Below are positions 1 to 9,212 of a stretch of 64,000 bases of DNA, piece by piece (the first letter of the stretch is position 1; each line of letters opens with the position of its first letter). The DNA lies in the IMG/VR virus record IMGVR_UViG_3300009161_000002. One strand, written 5' to 3'. The notes under the pieces are model-generated. The model was not told the DNA's origin and made no database searches. It saw only the letters and a list, made by a program, of their open reading frames with translations. A program made the translations under genes and the position numbers. This DNA comes from an uncultured virus (IMG/VR IMGVR_UViG_3300009161_000002). Lineage: Duplodnaviria > Heunggongvirae > Uroviricota > Caudoviricetes.

Positions 1-3000
1 TCCTGTTCCAGTTACTCCTTGGAATCCTAAGATACCTTGAATACCCTGAATGCCTCTTAACCCTTGAACACCTTGTATCCCTTGTATTCCTTGAGCACCA
101 ATACCTCCAGTACTTCCTATAGAACCTTGAGTTCCGGTAGCCCCTTGTGTTCCAATTCCACCTGTAGTACCTTGATTTCCAGTAGCTCCAATTGTACCTT
201 GAGTTCCAATACTTCCTTGAGAACCTTGAGAACCAACGGCACCCTGAGAACCTATAGCTCCTATAGCACCTTGCAATCCTGTAAGTCCCTGTAATCCAGT
301 ACTACCTTGTGCACCTGTTCCACCTGCTGAACCTATAGCACCTTGAGAACCAATAAAACCTTGTGTCCCTTGAGATCCTGTAGAACCTGTTGTACCTATA
401 GTACCTTGACTTCCCTGAGCACCGGTTGCACCAGTTGTTCCTGTTGTACCCTGTAAACCAGTGGTACCTGTAGCACCCTGACTACCAGTAGTACCTGTAG
501 TTCCGGTAGTACCCTGAGTACCAACTGCACCCTGGCTACCTGTAGATCCAACAGAACCTTGAGATCCCGTAGTTCCTGTAGTTCCCTGAGTACCAGTTCC
601 TCCAGTGTTACCAATAAAACCTTGGATTCCTTGTGTTCCTATAACTCCTTGCTGTCCTTGAATACCCTGTATTCCTTGTAAACCCTGAGCACCTTGAGTA
701 CCAGTTGTTCCTACTGTTCCTTGAGCTCCTTGTGAACCATTAGATCCAATAGTGCCTTGTAAACCTTGAGTACCTTGAGATCCAATTTGTCCTTGAGAAC
801 CTATTGTGCCCTGTGTACCCTGTATGCCCTGAATTCCTTGTGTTCCTTGTGTTCCAGTAGCACCTTGACTACCAGTAAATCCTTGAATTCCTTGAGTTCC
901 AAAAGTTCCCTGGCTTCCTGTAGTACCTTGTGTACCAAATGTACCTTGACTTCCAGTTAAACCTTGTAAGCCAACACTTCCCTGCAAACCTGTAAAACCT
1001 TGCACACCTTGTGATCCCGTAGTCCCAGTTGTACCAGTAGTTCCTTGTTGTCCAATAGCACCTTGAGTTCCTGTTGTTCCAGTAGTTCCTTGGAAACCAA
1101 ATATACCTTGGCTCCCTTGACTTCCTACTGCACCTTGACTACCTTGTGATCCAACTGCACCTTGAGCTCCTGTATTTCCTAATAGACCTTGTGTTCCCTG
1201 AGAACCTTGAGCACCACTAGTTCCTGTAGATCCAGTAAATCCTTGAATACCTTGACTACCTTGACTACCTACAGCTCCTTGAGAACCTGTATTTCCAACA
1301 GTTCCTTGAAAACCTGTAATACCTTGCATACCTTGAATACCCTGTATACCTTGTAAACCCTGAGTTCCTTGAGAACCAGATGTTCCCGTAGTACCTGTTG
1401 TACCTTGGGATCCTGTGGTTCCTACACTTCCTTGTGTACCAGTTGCACCCTGAGAACCTGTTGTTCCAACTGAACCTTGAAGTCCTGTTAAACCCTGTAA
1501 ACCAGTAGTTCCTTGTATGCCTTGTATGCCCTGAGTACCTTGTGTTCCAATTAATCCTTGAGTTCCTGTATTACCTTGTATTCCTTGACTACCAACAAAA
1601 CCCTGTATACCTTGTGTGCCTGTATTTCCTTGTGCACCAATATTACCAGTAAAACCTTGAATACCTTGAATTCCTAATAGACCTTGTATTCCTTGTATAC
1701 CCTGGAGACCAATAAGACCTTGAAGACCAGTTGTACCTGTAGTTCCCTGAGATCCTACTGTACCCTGTGCACCAGTAGATCCTAAAGTACCTTGTGCCCC
1801 TTGACTTCCTGTACTACCTGTATTACCAATAATTCCCTGAATTCCTTGTGTGCCTTGACTTCCATTTATACCAGCAGTACCTTGAGAACCAATTGTTCCT
1901 TGTGTTCCAGTTGTTCCTTGTGTACCAATATTACCTTGTGATCCAGTTGCTCCTTGTGATCCCGTAGCCCCAGTTGTACCTATAGTTCCTTGAGAACCAA
2001 TAGCACCTTGAGTTCCAGTATTACCAATAGATCCCTGAGAACCTGTAGTACCAGTAGTACCTTGGAATCCAGTAGTGCCCTGTGCACCAGTTCCTCCAGT
2101 AGATCCAATTGCACCTTGACTTCCAATTGCTCCTTGAGAACCTGTATTTCCTGTTGTACCTGTGGTTCCTTGAAGTCCTTGAGTACCCTGAACACCTTGA
2201 AGTCCTTGAGTTCCTTGAGATCCAGTAGTTCCCTGAAGACCTTGGATGCCTTGGGAACCAGTAGTACCTTGTAAACCCTGAAGACCTTGCAGACCCTGAA
2301 GACCTTGTGAACCAGTAGTGCCTTGAGATCCAGTTGTGCCCTGAAGACCTTGTAGACCCTGAGTGCCTTGAGTCCCTGTGGTTCCTTGAATACCCTGTAT
2401 TCCCTGAGTCCCAGTAGTGCCTTGAGACCCTGTGGTTCCCTGAAGCCCTTGAGTACCTTGTAATCCTTGAGTTCCTTGAGTTCCTTGATTTCCTTGGATA
2501 CCTTGAACACCCTGAACACCCTGGAGTCCCTGGAGACCTTGAGTTCCTGTTCCTCCAACAGCACCCTGAGTACCTATTGCACCCTGAGACCCTGTAGTAC
2601 CTATTGTACCTTGTGATCCAGTTGCTCCTTGACTACCTATTCCTCCAGTTGTTCCTGTAGTACCTTGTGAACCAATACTACCTTGAGTACCAGTTGTTCC
2701 AGTAAAACCCTGACTTCCTGTTGTTCCTGTTGCTCCTTGGGATCCAATAAATCCTTGGCTACCAACTGTTCCCTGAGTCCCTGTTGTTCCAGTAGATCCA
2801 ATAGCTCCCTGTGAACCAATTGTTCCTTGGGTTCCGGTTGTTCCTGTGCTACCTTGAGTTCCTGTTGTACCAGTAGAACCTTGTGATCCATTTATACCAG
2901 CAGAACCTTGACTACCAGTAGTTCCCTGTGAGCCATTTAAACCTTGAGTACCATTAGCACCCTGAGTACCAACAGAACCTTGAGAACCAACGGCACCCTG

Positions 3001-5808
3001 AGTTCCAGTAGTGCCCTGGCTACCTACTGTACCTTGGATTCCTTGTAGACCTAAAATACCTTGAGTACCTTGTGTACCAGTTGTTCCCTGACTGCCAGTT
3101 GTTCCTTGTGTACCTACAGTTCCTTGAACACCTTGTGTTCCTTGAGTACCTTGTGAGCCTTGAATACCTTGAATTCCCTGTAATCCTTGTAGACCAGTTA
3201 ATCCTTGTATACCCAAAAGTCCTTGAGTACCTTGTATACCAAGTAAACCTTGAATACCTTGTAAACCTGTTAAACCTTGCGCACCTGTAATACCTTGTAA
3301 GCCTGTGATACCTTGTAAGCCAAGAATACCCTGAATTCCCTGTACACCTTGGATGCCTTGACTGCCGGTCTGACCTTGAGATCCGGTTGTACCTTGAGTA
3401 CCATTAATACCTGCTGTACCTTGTGTGCCTATGACACCTTGAAGACCAACAGCTCCTTGAACACCTAATAATCCTTGTGTCCCTTGGATTCCTTGTGTCC
3501 CTTGAGCTCCAGTATTTCCAAGTAAACCTTGAATACCCTGAATTCCTTGCAATCCTTGTAAACCTGTAAGCCCTTGAGTTCCTGTTAAACCTTGAGTTCC
3601 AGTAACACCTTGTAATCCAATTGTTCCCTGTACACCTTGAAGTCCTTGACTTCCTACGGCACCAGTTGTACCCTGAAATCCAACAGCCCCTTGACTACCA
3701 GTTGATCCAGTAGTTCCTTGGCTACCAGTAGCACCAACAGTTCCTTGGGAACCAACTGTACCTTGTGCTCCTGTATCACCTATTATTCCTTGGAAACCAG
3801 TTTCTCCTTGAATACCAGTTTCACCTTGAATACCAGCACCACCAATTATACCTTGATTACCTTGAACACCTTGTAAACCAGTTGTTCCTTGTCTGCCTTG
3901 AATTCCTTGACTACCAGTTTGACCTTGAACTCCTAATGTTCCCTGTGTACCTTGACTACCAGTGGTTCCCTGTGAACCATTTATTCCACTTGTTCCTTGT
4001 AAACCCAAAGTCCCTTGAGTACCTTGAGCTCCTGTTAAACCTGTAGTACCTTGAAGTCCTGTAGTTCCTTGCGCACCTGTGCTACCAGCAGTACCTTGAC
4101 TACCCGTATTACCAAAAATACCCTGAGTACCTTGTAATCCTGTTAATCCTTGAGTTCCAAAGGTACCTTGTGCACCTGTCTGACCTTGACTTCCTGTATT
4201 ACCCTGAGAACCAAAAGTACCTTGGCTACCGGTAATTCCTTGTGTACCCTGAATACCTTGTAATCCCTGAAGTCCTACTGTTCCTTGAGTACCAATTGCA
4301 CCTTGCAGTCCAGTTGTACCTTGCAGTCCAGTAGCTCCTGTAGCACCTTGAGTTCCAGTTGTACCTTGAGACCCAGTAGTTCCAGTAGAACCCTGACTTC
4401 CAGTATTTCCTAATATACCTTGAATACCTTGAGTACCTTGTGCACCTACTAATCCATTAGTACCTTGAACACCTTGTATCCCTTGTGTTCCAGTTATTCC
4501 TTGTAGACCTAAAATACCTTGTGTTCCTTGAGTCCCTTGCAATCCTATACTACCTTGAGAACCTGTATTTCCAGTGGTACCTTGGGTACCTTGAGAACCA
4601 ACAACACCAAGTATACCTTGTAATCCTTGTATTCCTTGGCTGCCAGTAGTACCTTGATTTCCTAATTCCCCCTGAGTTCCTTGACTACCTTGTAGTCCAG
4701 TTAATCCTGTAGTTCCTTGTGTTCCTACAGCTCCTTGACTACCTGTACTTCCGGTTGTACCTTGACTACCAGTTGTACCTAAAATTCCTTGTGTCCCTTG
4801 TGTACCCTGAGTACCTACTTGTCCTTGTACTCCGTTAGTTCCTTGAGTTCCTGTTAATCCTTGTAAGCCTGTAGTACCTTGAGTACCTATAGAACCTTGT
4901 GTACCAGTTGTACCAAGTATACCTTGAGTTCCTTGTATACCTTGCACTCCTTGAATCCCTAATGTACCTTGAGTACCTTGGGAACCGGTTAAACCCTGTG
5001 ATCCTGTAGCTCCGACAGCACCTTGTGTTCCTGTAACTCCCTGAGAACCAGTACTACCTGTGGTACCTTGGCTTCCTGTATTTCCTGTAAAACCTTGTAT
5101 ACCAACAGCTCCTTGAGAGCCAGTGCTTCCTGTTGTTCCTTGAGAGCCAGTATTACCTAAAGTACCCTGAGTTCCTTGTATGCCTTGTGTTCCTTGTACT
5201 CCTACTGAACCTTGTGAACCTACAGTACCTTGATTTCCAGTTGTACCTTGATTACCAAGTATACCCTGTGTACCCTGTGTACCTTGATTTCCAGTTGTTC
5301 CAGTCTGTCCTTGTGTTCCGGTTATACCTTGTGAACCAGTAGAGCCTGTTGTTCCTTGGGAACCCGTATTTCCATCTAATCCTTGAGCACCTGTAGTTCC
5401 TTGAACCCCTGTAGAACCAGTTGTTCCTTGACTACCATTTGCTCCAATACTACCTTGAGTTCCAGTTTCACCTTGAATACCAACTCCACCAGTAAATCCT
5501 TGTAAACCTTGAAAACCTTGAATACCTTGATATCCTTGGATACCTATTCCAACAAATCCTTGTATTCCTGTAGGTCCTTGAAAACCTTGAATACCTGGAT
5601 ATCCTTGAACACCTATTCCAATAAAACCTTGAATTCCTTGTGGACCATCAAAACCTTGGATTCCCTGGATGCCTTGTATTCCTATAGGTCCTTGAATACC
5701 TACATTACCTTGTATACCAGTGGTTCCTTGTACACCTTGTCCTGCAAATGCACCTGAAATACCTTGAATACCTTGGACACCTTGAATACCTTGGATACCT
5801 ACATTTCC
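1..5808 (-). repeat. Degenerate 9-nt tandem repeat encoding Gly-X-Y (GTQ, GSQ, GIQ, GLQ, GTT, GAQ)
   Basis: Plus strand shows recurrent nCC (Gly codons) every 9 nt and CCTTG/CCCTG (Gln-Gly) throughout. Confidence 0.95.
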
Positions 5809-6084
5809 TTCATTACAAAGCCAATTAACTATTTCATTTAAACCTTGTGCTACCGTAGTATCTTGTGCAATTATGGTAGCACCTTGACATACAATATCAG
5901 CACCTGTATATACAATACAATCTGCATCAAATGATTCAGCACACTTCTCCTCATCACCACAAGCTTCTGTTGTGCATGGAGGGGGTGTAGTTAATCCAGA
6001 TGTACATACGTTACACTTTCCACAGTTATTGCATCCTGATGTAGGAAATACTCCCTCTATAGAACTAGATTTTTTAGGTATCAT
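1..6084 (-). CDS. Giant collagen-like fibre protein (3'-partial, >=2028 aa): Cys-rich 92-aa N-terminus, then ~645 Gly-X-Y triplets
   Basis: Manual translation from ATG 6084 gives MIPKKSSSIEGVFPTSGCNNCGKCNVC...WLCNEGNVGIQGIQGVQG. The 9-nt periodicity runs to base 1 in the same frame (...GFQGVTGTG). It is absent from the ORF track, presumably because no stop lies in the window. Confidence 0.93.
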   Translation of the reverse strand, partial: MIPKKSSSIEGVFPTSGCNNCGKCNVCTSGLTTPPPCTTEACGDEEKCAESFDADCIVYTGADIVCQGATIIAQDTTVAQGLNEIVNWLCNEGNVGIQGIQGVQGIQGISGAFAGQGVQGTTGIQGNVGIQGPIGIQGIQGIQGFDGPQGIQGFIGIGVQGYPGIQGFQGPTGIQGFVGIGIQGYQGIQGFQGLQGFTGGVGIQGETGTQGSIGANGSQGTTGSTGVQGTTGAQGLDGNTGSQGTTGSTGSQGITGTQGQTGTTGNQGTQGTQGILGNQGTTGNQGTVGSQGSVGVQGTQGIQGTQGTLGNTGSQGTTGSTGSQGAVGIQGFTGNTGSQGTTGSTGSQGVTGTQGAVGATGSQGLTGSQGTQGTLGIQGVQGIQGTQGILGTTGTQGSIGTQGTTGLQGLTGTQGTNGVQGQVGTQGTQGTQGILGTTGSQGTTGSTGSQGAVGTQGTTGLTGLQGSQGTQGELGNQGTTGSQGIQGLQGILGVVGSQGTQGTTGNTGSQGSIGLQGTQGTQGILGLQGITGTQGIQGVQGTNGLVGAQGTQGIQGILGNTGSQGSTGTTGSQGTTGTQGATGATGLQGTTGLQGAIGTQGTVGLQGLQGIQGTQGITGSQGTFGSQGNTGSQGQTGAQGTFGTQGLTGLQGTQGIFGNTGSQGTAGSTGAQGTTGLQGTTGLTGAQGTQGTLGLQGTSGINGSQGTTGSQGTQGTLGVQGQTGSQGIQGRQGTTGLQGVQGNQGIIGGAGIQGETGIQGETGFQGIIGDTGAQGTVGSQGTVGATGSQGTTGSTGSQGAVGFQGTTGAVGSQGLQGVQGTIGLQGVTGTQGLTGTQGLTGLQGLQGIQGIQGLLGNTGAQGTQGIQGTQGLLGVQGAVGLQGVIGTQGTAGINGTQGTTGSQGQTGSQGIQGVQGIQGILGLQGITGLQGITGAQGLTGLQGIQGLLGIQGTQGLLGIQGLTGLQGLQGIQGIQGSQGTQGTQGVQGTVGTQGTTGSQGTTGTQGTQGILGLQGIQGTVGSQGTTGTQGAVGSQGSVGTQGANGTQGLNGSQGTTGSQGSAGINGSQGSTGTTGTQGSTGTTGTQGTIGSQGAIGSTGTTGTQGTVGSQGFIGSQGATGTTGSQGFTGTTGTQGSIGSQGTTGTTGGIGSQGATGSQGTIGTTGSQGAIGTQGAVGGTGTQGLQGLQGVQGVQGIQGNQGTQGTQGLQGTQGLQGTTGSQGTTGTQGIQGIQGTTGTQGTQGLQGLQGTTGSQGTTGSQGLQGLQGLQGLQGTTGSQGIQGLQGTTGSQGTQGLQGVQGTQGLQGTTGTTGNTGSQGAIGSQGAIGSTGGTGAQGTTGFQGTTGTTGSQGSIGNTGTQGAIGSQGTIGTTGATGSQGATGSQGNIGTQGTTGTQGTIGSQGTAGINGSQGTQGIQGIIGNTGSTGSQGAQGTLGSTGAQGTVGSQGTTGTTGLQGLIGLQGIQGIQGLLGIQGIQGFTGNIGAQGNTGTQGIQGFVGSQGIQGNTGTQGLIGTQGTQGIQGIQGTTGLQGLTGLQGSVGTTGSQGATGTQGSVGTTGSQGTTGTTGTSGSQGTQGLQGIQGIQGMQGITGFQGTVGNTGSQGAVGSQGSQGIQGFTGSTGTSGAQGSQGTQGLLGNTGAQGAVGSQGSQGAVGSQGSQGIFGFQGTTGTTGTQGAIGQQGTTGTTGTTGSQGVQGFTGLQGSVGLQGLTGSQGTFGTQGTTGSQGTFGTQGIQGFTGSQGATGTQGTQGIQGIQGTQGTIGSQGQIGSQGTQGLQGTIGSNGSQGAQGTVGTTGTQGAQGLQGIQGIQGQQGVIGTQGIQGFIGNTGGTGTQGTTGTTGSQGSVGSTGSQGAVGTQGTTGTTGTTGSQGATGTTGLQGTTGTTGATGAQGSQGTIGTTGSTGSQGTQGFIGSQGAIGSAGGTGAQGSTGLQGLTGLQGAIGAIGSQGAVGSQGSQGSIGTQGTIGATGNQGTTGGIGTQGATGTQGSIGSTGGIGAQGIQGIQGVQGLRGIQGIQGILGFQGVTGTG

Positions 6085-6154
6085 CTGAATCTTCTAAATT
6101 TAATGTCCCAAAAATATTTTAATAAATATCTTGGTAAATATCTTAACAGGTCTG

Positions 6155-6592
6155 TTATACTGTATAAGTAATTAATAATTCAGCTCCTGCTGTAGTTGTA
6201 CTATAAAAAAATGCTCCACTAGCAAAAGTATTATTTAATGCACCTGCATCAAAGTTAATTGTTTCTCCTGGTTTAATAATTACTGTATTAACAGTAGCAT
6301 TACCAGTTCCTACATTAGAGAAAGATATACTATATATTGCTGCAGCAATTGAACCATTTGAACCAGATACCCGTAAAATTCCAGGTGTTCTTGATATTGG
6401 AGATAATAAACTAGTAGCAGCTTGTGTATTTATTTCTACATCAACAAGAGTTGCTTCGGTAGCAAGTCCTGTAGTGTTAATTACAACTTCTGTTAGTTGA
6501 TCACAAGCACACTGTAGTCCTTGTAATGATTTTAACTGATATGGAAAGTTATTTCCTTTATTTCCATATTCTTTAGTATTTCCAATTGACAT
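6155..6592 (-). CDS. Hypothetical virion/fibre-associated protein (beta-rich C-terminus)
   Basis: 145-aa ORF rich in T/G/A/S, directly upstream of the collagen gene. Confidence 0.6.
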   Translation of the reverse strand: MSIGNTKEYGNKGNNFPYQLKSLQGLQCACDQLTEVVINTTGLATEATLVDVEINTQAATSLLSPISRTPGILRVSGSNGSIAAAIYSISFSNVGTGNATVNTVIIKPGETINFDAGALNNTFASGAFFYSTTTAGAELLITYTV

Positions 6593-6630
6593 ATCTATAT
6601 AATTTAATGAGAATGATACACACTATATAT

Positions 6631-6646
6631 TATAATATACTAAAAA
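6631..6646 (-). promoter_or_regulatory. Candidate late promoter motif TTTTTAGTATATTATA
   Basis: The same GTATATTATA core occurs upstream of the next gene (7219-7234), and GTATATTA occurs at 21038-21045 on the plus strand. Confidence 0.4.
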
Positions 6647-6708
6647 TAATTGGTATAACCAAAAAACCCCAGATGTTTCTTCCAGGGTTTTAAATAATTT
6701 AATAGTTG

Positions 6709-7194
6709 TTATACTATGATAAGGTAGTGAATTTTAACTACATTGTTTAAATTATCTACACTAGAACTATTACTAAGAACTAATCTAAATGAACCATTTA
6801 CAATATTAGTTACTGATGCTACAGGAATACCAGAACTTCCTGGAGCATTTGCATCACTATACTCAACTGATACTAAAATCTTAGATCCAGTAACTACATT
6901 TGGGTTATTTACTGTAAAACCAGTTACATTATCAGCTACTAAAGTAGAGGAAACTGTAGTAATAATACCATTAAGGGCATTAACAGTTACTGCTGTTGAA
7001 ATAGTTCCAGTCTGAGTTACATTAGCTGTATTGTACAGTGTTTGTAATGGTGCAGCATTAACTGCAAGTGGTAAATAACTATCATCACGTGTAGGATCTT
7101 TTGCTCCTACAGCAAGTAAGTTAGACACATCGGTTGGTAAAGTAGCACGGTACTGACCGTTCTTAATCCAAGAAATAAAATTTAAAATATCCAT
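6709..7194 (-). CDS. Putative virion structural protein (starts MDILNFISWIK)
   Basis: ATG at 7194 after an A-rich leader; V/T/N/S-rich beta-strand C-terminal domain. Confidence 0.6.
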   Translation of the reverse strand: MDILNFISWIKNGQYRATLPTDVSNLLAVGAKDPTRDDSYLPLAVNAAPLQTLYNTANVTQTGTISTAVTVNALNGIITTVSSTLVADNVTGFTVNNPNVVTGSKILVSVEYSDANAPGSSGIPVASVTNIVNGSFRLVLSNSSSVDNLNNVVKIHYLIIV

Positions 7195-7218
7195 AGCTAT
7201 AGTTTTTTTTGTATACAG

Positions 7219-7234
7219 TATAATATACAAAAAA
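7219..7234 (-). promoter_or_regulatory. Candidate late promoter motif TTTTTTGTATATTATA
   Basis: Matches 6631-6646 and lies ~25 nt upstream of ATG 7194. Confidence 0.4.
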
Positions 7235-7302
7235 TATATGATATAAAAAAATCTCTAGCTTATTTTTTAGAGATTTTATATATTCTATTAAATAATATTA
7301 AA

Positions 7303-7509
7303 CTAACCACATAAATAACCTACAACAAATGATATTAAAATTATCAAAGCAATGGCTATATTACTAATTAATCTAGCTTGTGGATCTTCTTCCCAGACAT
7401 GATGTGTATGGTTGTAGTAAGGTTTAGTTATATTAATTGACCATAACCAAAGAAATGCTACAAAAATTGTGACTATCCCCCAACCTATTGCTTTTAAAAC
7501 TAGTATCAT
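7303..7509 (-). CDS. Small membrane protein with two TM helices
   Basis: Two hydrophobic stretches; start overlaps the upstream stop. Confidence 0.65.
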   Translation of the reverse strand: MILVLKAIGWGIVTIFVAFLWLWSINITKPYYNHTHHVWEEDPQARLISNIAIALIILISFVVGYLCG

Positions 7510-7802
7510 AACAAGTCAATTCGTTTCTGTAAATATACTAAAGCTTTTTGTAAATCTTCTTTTTCAGTAAATTTATTTTTCTTCCCAGCTCTAGCAACAT
7601 ACTTAACAACATTACCAAGATAAAAGTCTTTGTCTAATCCCCAAGCTTCAAGTACATTGAAGACTTCAAAAGGATTATCCTTACCACCATAGTGCTCAGG
7701 TCTTAATGCAGCTGGGTCAGTTAATTCTACAATACGATGCTTGTAATCCTTACACAACATTCCTGTTGTGCTAGTTGCTGTATATTCAATTGGCTCTTCC
7801 AT
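7506..7802 (-). CDS. DUF3310-family phage protein
   Basis: Signature PEHYGG...FYLGNVVKYVARAGKK...EDLQKALVYL. Confidence 0.8.
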   Translation of the reverse strand: MEEPIEYTATSTTGMLCKDYKHRIVELTDPAALRPEHYGGKDNPFEVFNVLEAWGLDKDFYLGNVVKYVARAGKKNKFTEKEDLQKALVYLQKRIDLL

Positions 7803-7804
7803 GA

Positions 7805-8098
7805 CTACCAAACAATTACAACATCCCCTTCATTAAGCACAAATTTAACTGAACCACCAACTTCAACTCTTTCTACAACTTCCAAGTTCAATGCAGATGT
7901 ACGGATATAAACCTGGTCTCCAGCTTTTACATCTTCTACTTTGTCTCCAACTGCATACACAGTTAACTTGTTCCACAGCTTCATAGCTTCAGCCATGATG
8001 TGTTCTTCATCTTTCTCAGATAACTTTATACCTGATTCTTTTTTTTGAGGTATCTCTACTAAAATAGCACGGCCTCTTAACAATTTAAATTCTTTCAT
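7805..8098 (-). CDS. groES: GroES/Cpn10-like co-chaperonin
   Basis: KLLRGRAILVE...ESGIKL...VYAVGDKVEDVKAGDQVY...VLNEGDVVIV; 97 aa. Confidence 0.75.
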   Translation of the reverse strand: MKEFKLLRGRAILVEIPQKKESGIKLSEKDEEHIMAEAMKLWNKLTVYAVGDKVEDVKAGDQVYIRTSALNLEVVERVEVGGSVKFVLNEGDVVIVW

Positions 8099-8376
8099 TA
8101 CTTATTTTTAAACGTGATTACTTTTTCTATTGCCATTTGTGCATTCACCAGTTCTCCAACTGCATGATCAAACAGTAAACTTTTAATTGGAGACTTATCT
8201 CCTTTTTGATACTCATCTAATAATAAATTAGTAAGATCAGCCATTGTTTTTTTTATTTGGTATACAGATCCTTCTTCTTCTATAGAGGAGTCTATGTTTA
8301 TTAATAGTTCTCCAAAAGATAAAATCTTTGTTTCTTTAAAAACTATTTCTGGTTCTTGATTTTTTATTTCTTCCAT
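8098..8376 (-). CDS. Helical-hairpin protein resembling Acb2/Tad1-type anti-defence sponge proteins
   Basis: SFGE...IKKTMADL...AVGELVNAQMAIEKVITFK, recognised by eye; 92 aa. Confidence 0.45.
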   Translation of the reverse strand: MEEIKNQEPEIVFKETKILSFGELLINIDSSIEEEGSVYQIKKTMADLTNLLLDEYQKGDKSPIKSLLFDHAVGELVNAQMAIEKVITFKNK

Positions 8377-8408
8377 TATTCTGTTATTTTGTAAGTTAAT
8401 TAAAAAGA

Positions 8409-8609
8409 TTAGGCATCGTATTGACTCAAATCTTTAGTAGGATTATCAACTTCATTTCTGTGATTACTCAACAAATCAAATTTAATTTGTTCAAGGAGTC
8501 CGATCAAAGTTATTGCAGGCATATTTGCTTTCTGACTATTGATCTCAATTTCTATTCCATCATTCTCGTGTACGTGAACCGCAAGAACTGTAATTTTATT
8601 TTCTGACAT
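8409..8609 (-). CDS. Hypothetical protein
   Basis: 66-aa ORF with a TAnnTTTG box upstream. Confidence 0.65.
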   Translation of the reverse strand: MSENKITVLAVHVHENDGIEIEINSQKANMPAITLIGLLEQIKFDLLSNHRNEVDNPTKDLSQYDA

Positions 8610-8625
8610 AAGACTTTGGTTTTTA

Positions 8626-8633
8626 CAAATATA
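8626..8633 (-). promoter_or_regulatory. Bacteroidota-type -7 promoter box TATATTTG
   Basis: Fits the TAnnTTTG consensus, intergenic, 16 nt upstream of ATG 8609. Confidence 0.6.
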
Positions 8634-8660
8634 AAAACTTTTTTTGTTTAAACTAAAAAC

Positions 8661-9212
8661 CTATAAAAAATCTTTTTCTAAATTTAATAATTTTTGAGAT
8701 CTTTGCTTTATAACTTTTGCAGGAGAACCAAACAGTACAGAAAAAGGTTTGAAACTTTTTGTAATAAGACAGTTGGCTCCAGCAGCTACTCCTTCATGTA
8801 ACGTCACCCCCGGTAATATTACACTACTAGCCCCAATAATTACATGCTTTTCTAAAGTAACAGGTTTAGATATGACATTTCTATACTCGATAGGTGTAGT
8901 AGGGTTGGTTAAATAATTTCCGGAATAATCATCAGTAGATGAATATATAGAAACTCTAGATGATAGACCAGAAAAGTCTTTCATAATAATTTTTTCTACA
9001 CCTATCAATAAACAATAGCAGGCAATGTGTACATAGTTTCCTATTACTATTCCTTTTTCACCAGCAGATAAAATACAAAAATCATCTATTCTGACGTTGT
9101 TACCTATTTCAATATTGCTTGGATTATATAGACTAGTCTTCTTCGATAGAAGGACATTGGTACCAAAGGACTTGAGTCCTAACTTCCCTAATTCAGAAAC
9201 ACTATAGTACAT
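8661..9212 (-). CDS. vioB: Left-handed beta-helix NDP-4-amino-4,6-dideoxyhexose N-acyltransferase (VioB/AntD-like)
   Basis: Hexapeptide repeats IGNNVRIDDFCILSAG, IGNYVHIA, SSRVSIYSSTDDYSG, KHVIIGASSVILPGV, GSPAK; closely resembles VioB/AntD as recalled. Confidence 0.85.
   Translation of the reverse strand: MYYSVSELGKLGLKSFGTNVLLSKKTSLYNPSNIEIGNNVRIDDFCILSAGEKGIVIGNYVHIACYCLLIGVEKIIMKDFSGLSSRVSIYSSTDDYSGNYLTNPTTPIEYRNVISKPVTLEKHVIIGASSVILPGVTLHEGVAAGANCLITKSFKPFSVLFGSPAKVIKQRSQKLLNLEKDFL

Noticed and set aside
64..5757. Eleven short ORFs called on both strands within 1-5.8 kb
   Set aside because: They are off-frame or antisense shadows of the 9-nt collagen periodicity; the real frame is minus 6084 to 1.
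1..5808. Possible CRISPR array or satellite
   Set aside because: No constant repeat with unique spacers; the periodicity is explained by Gly-X-Y coding.
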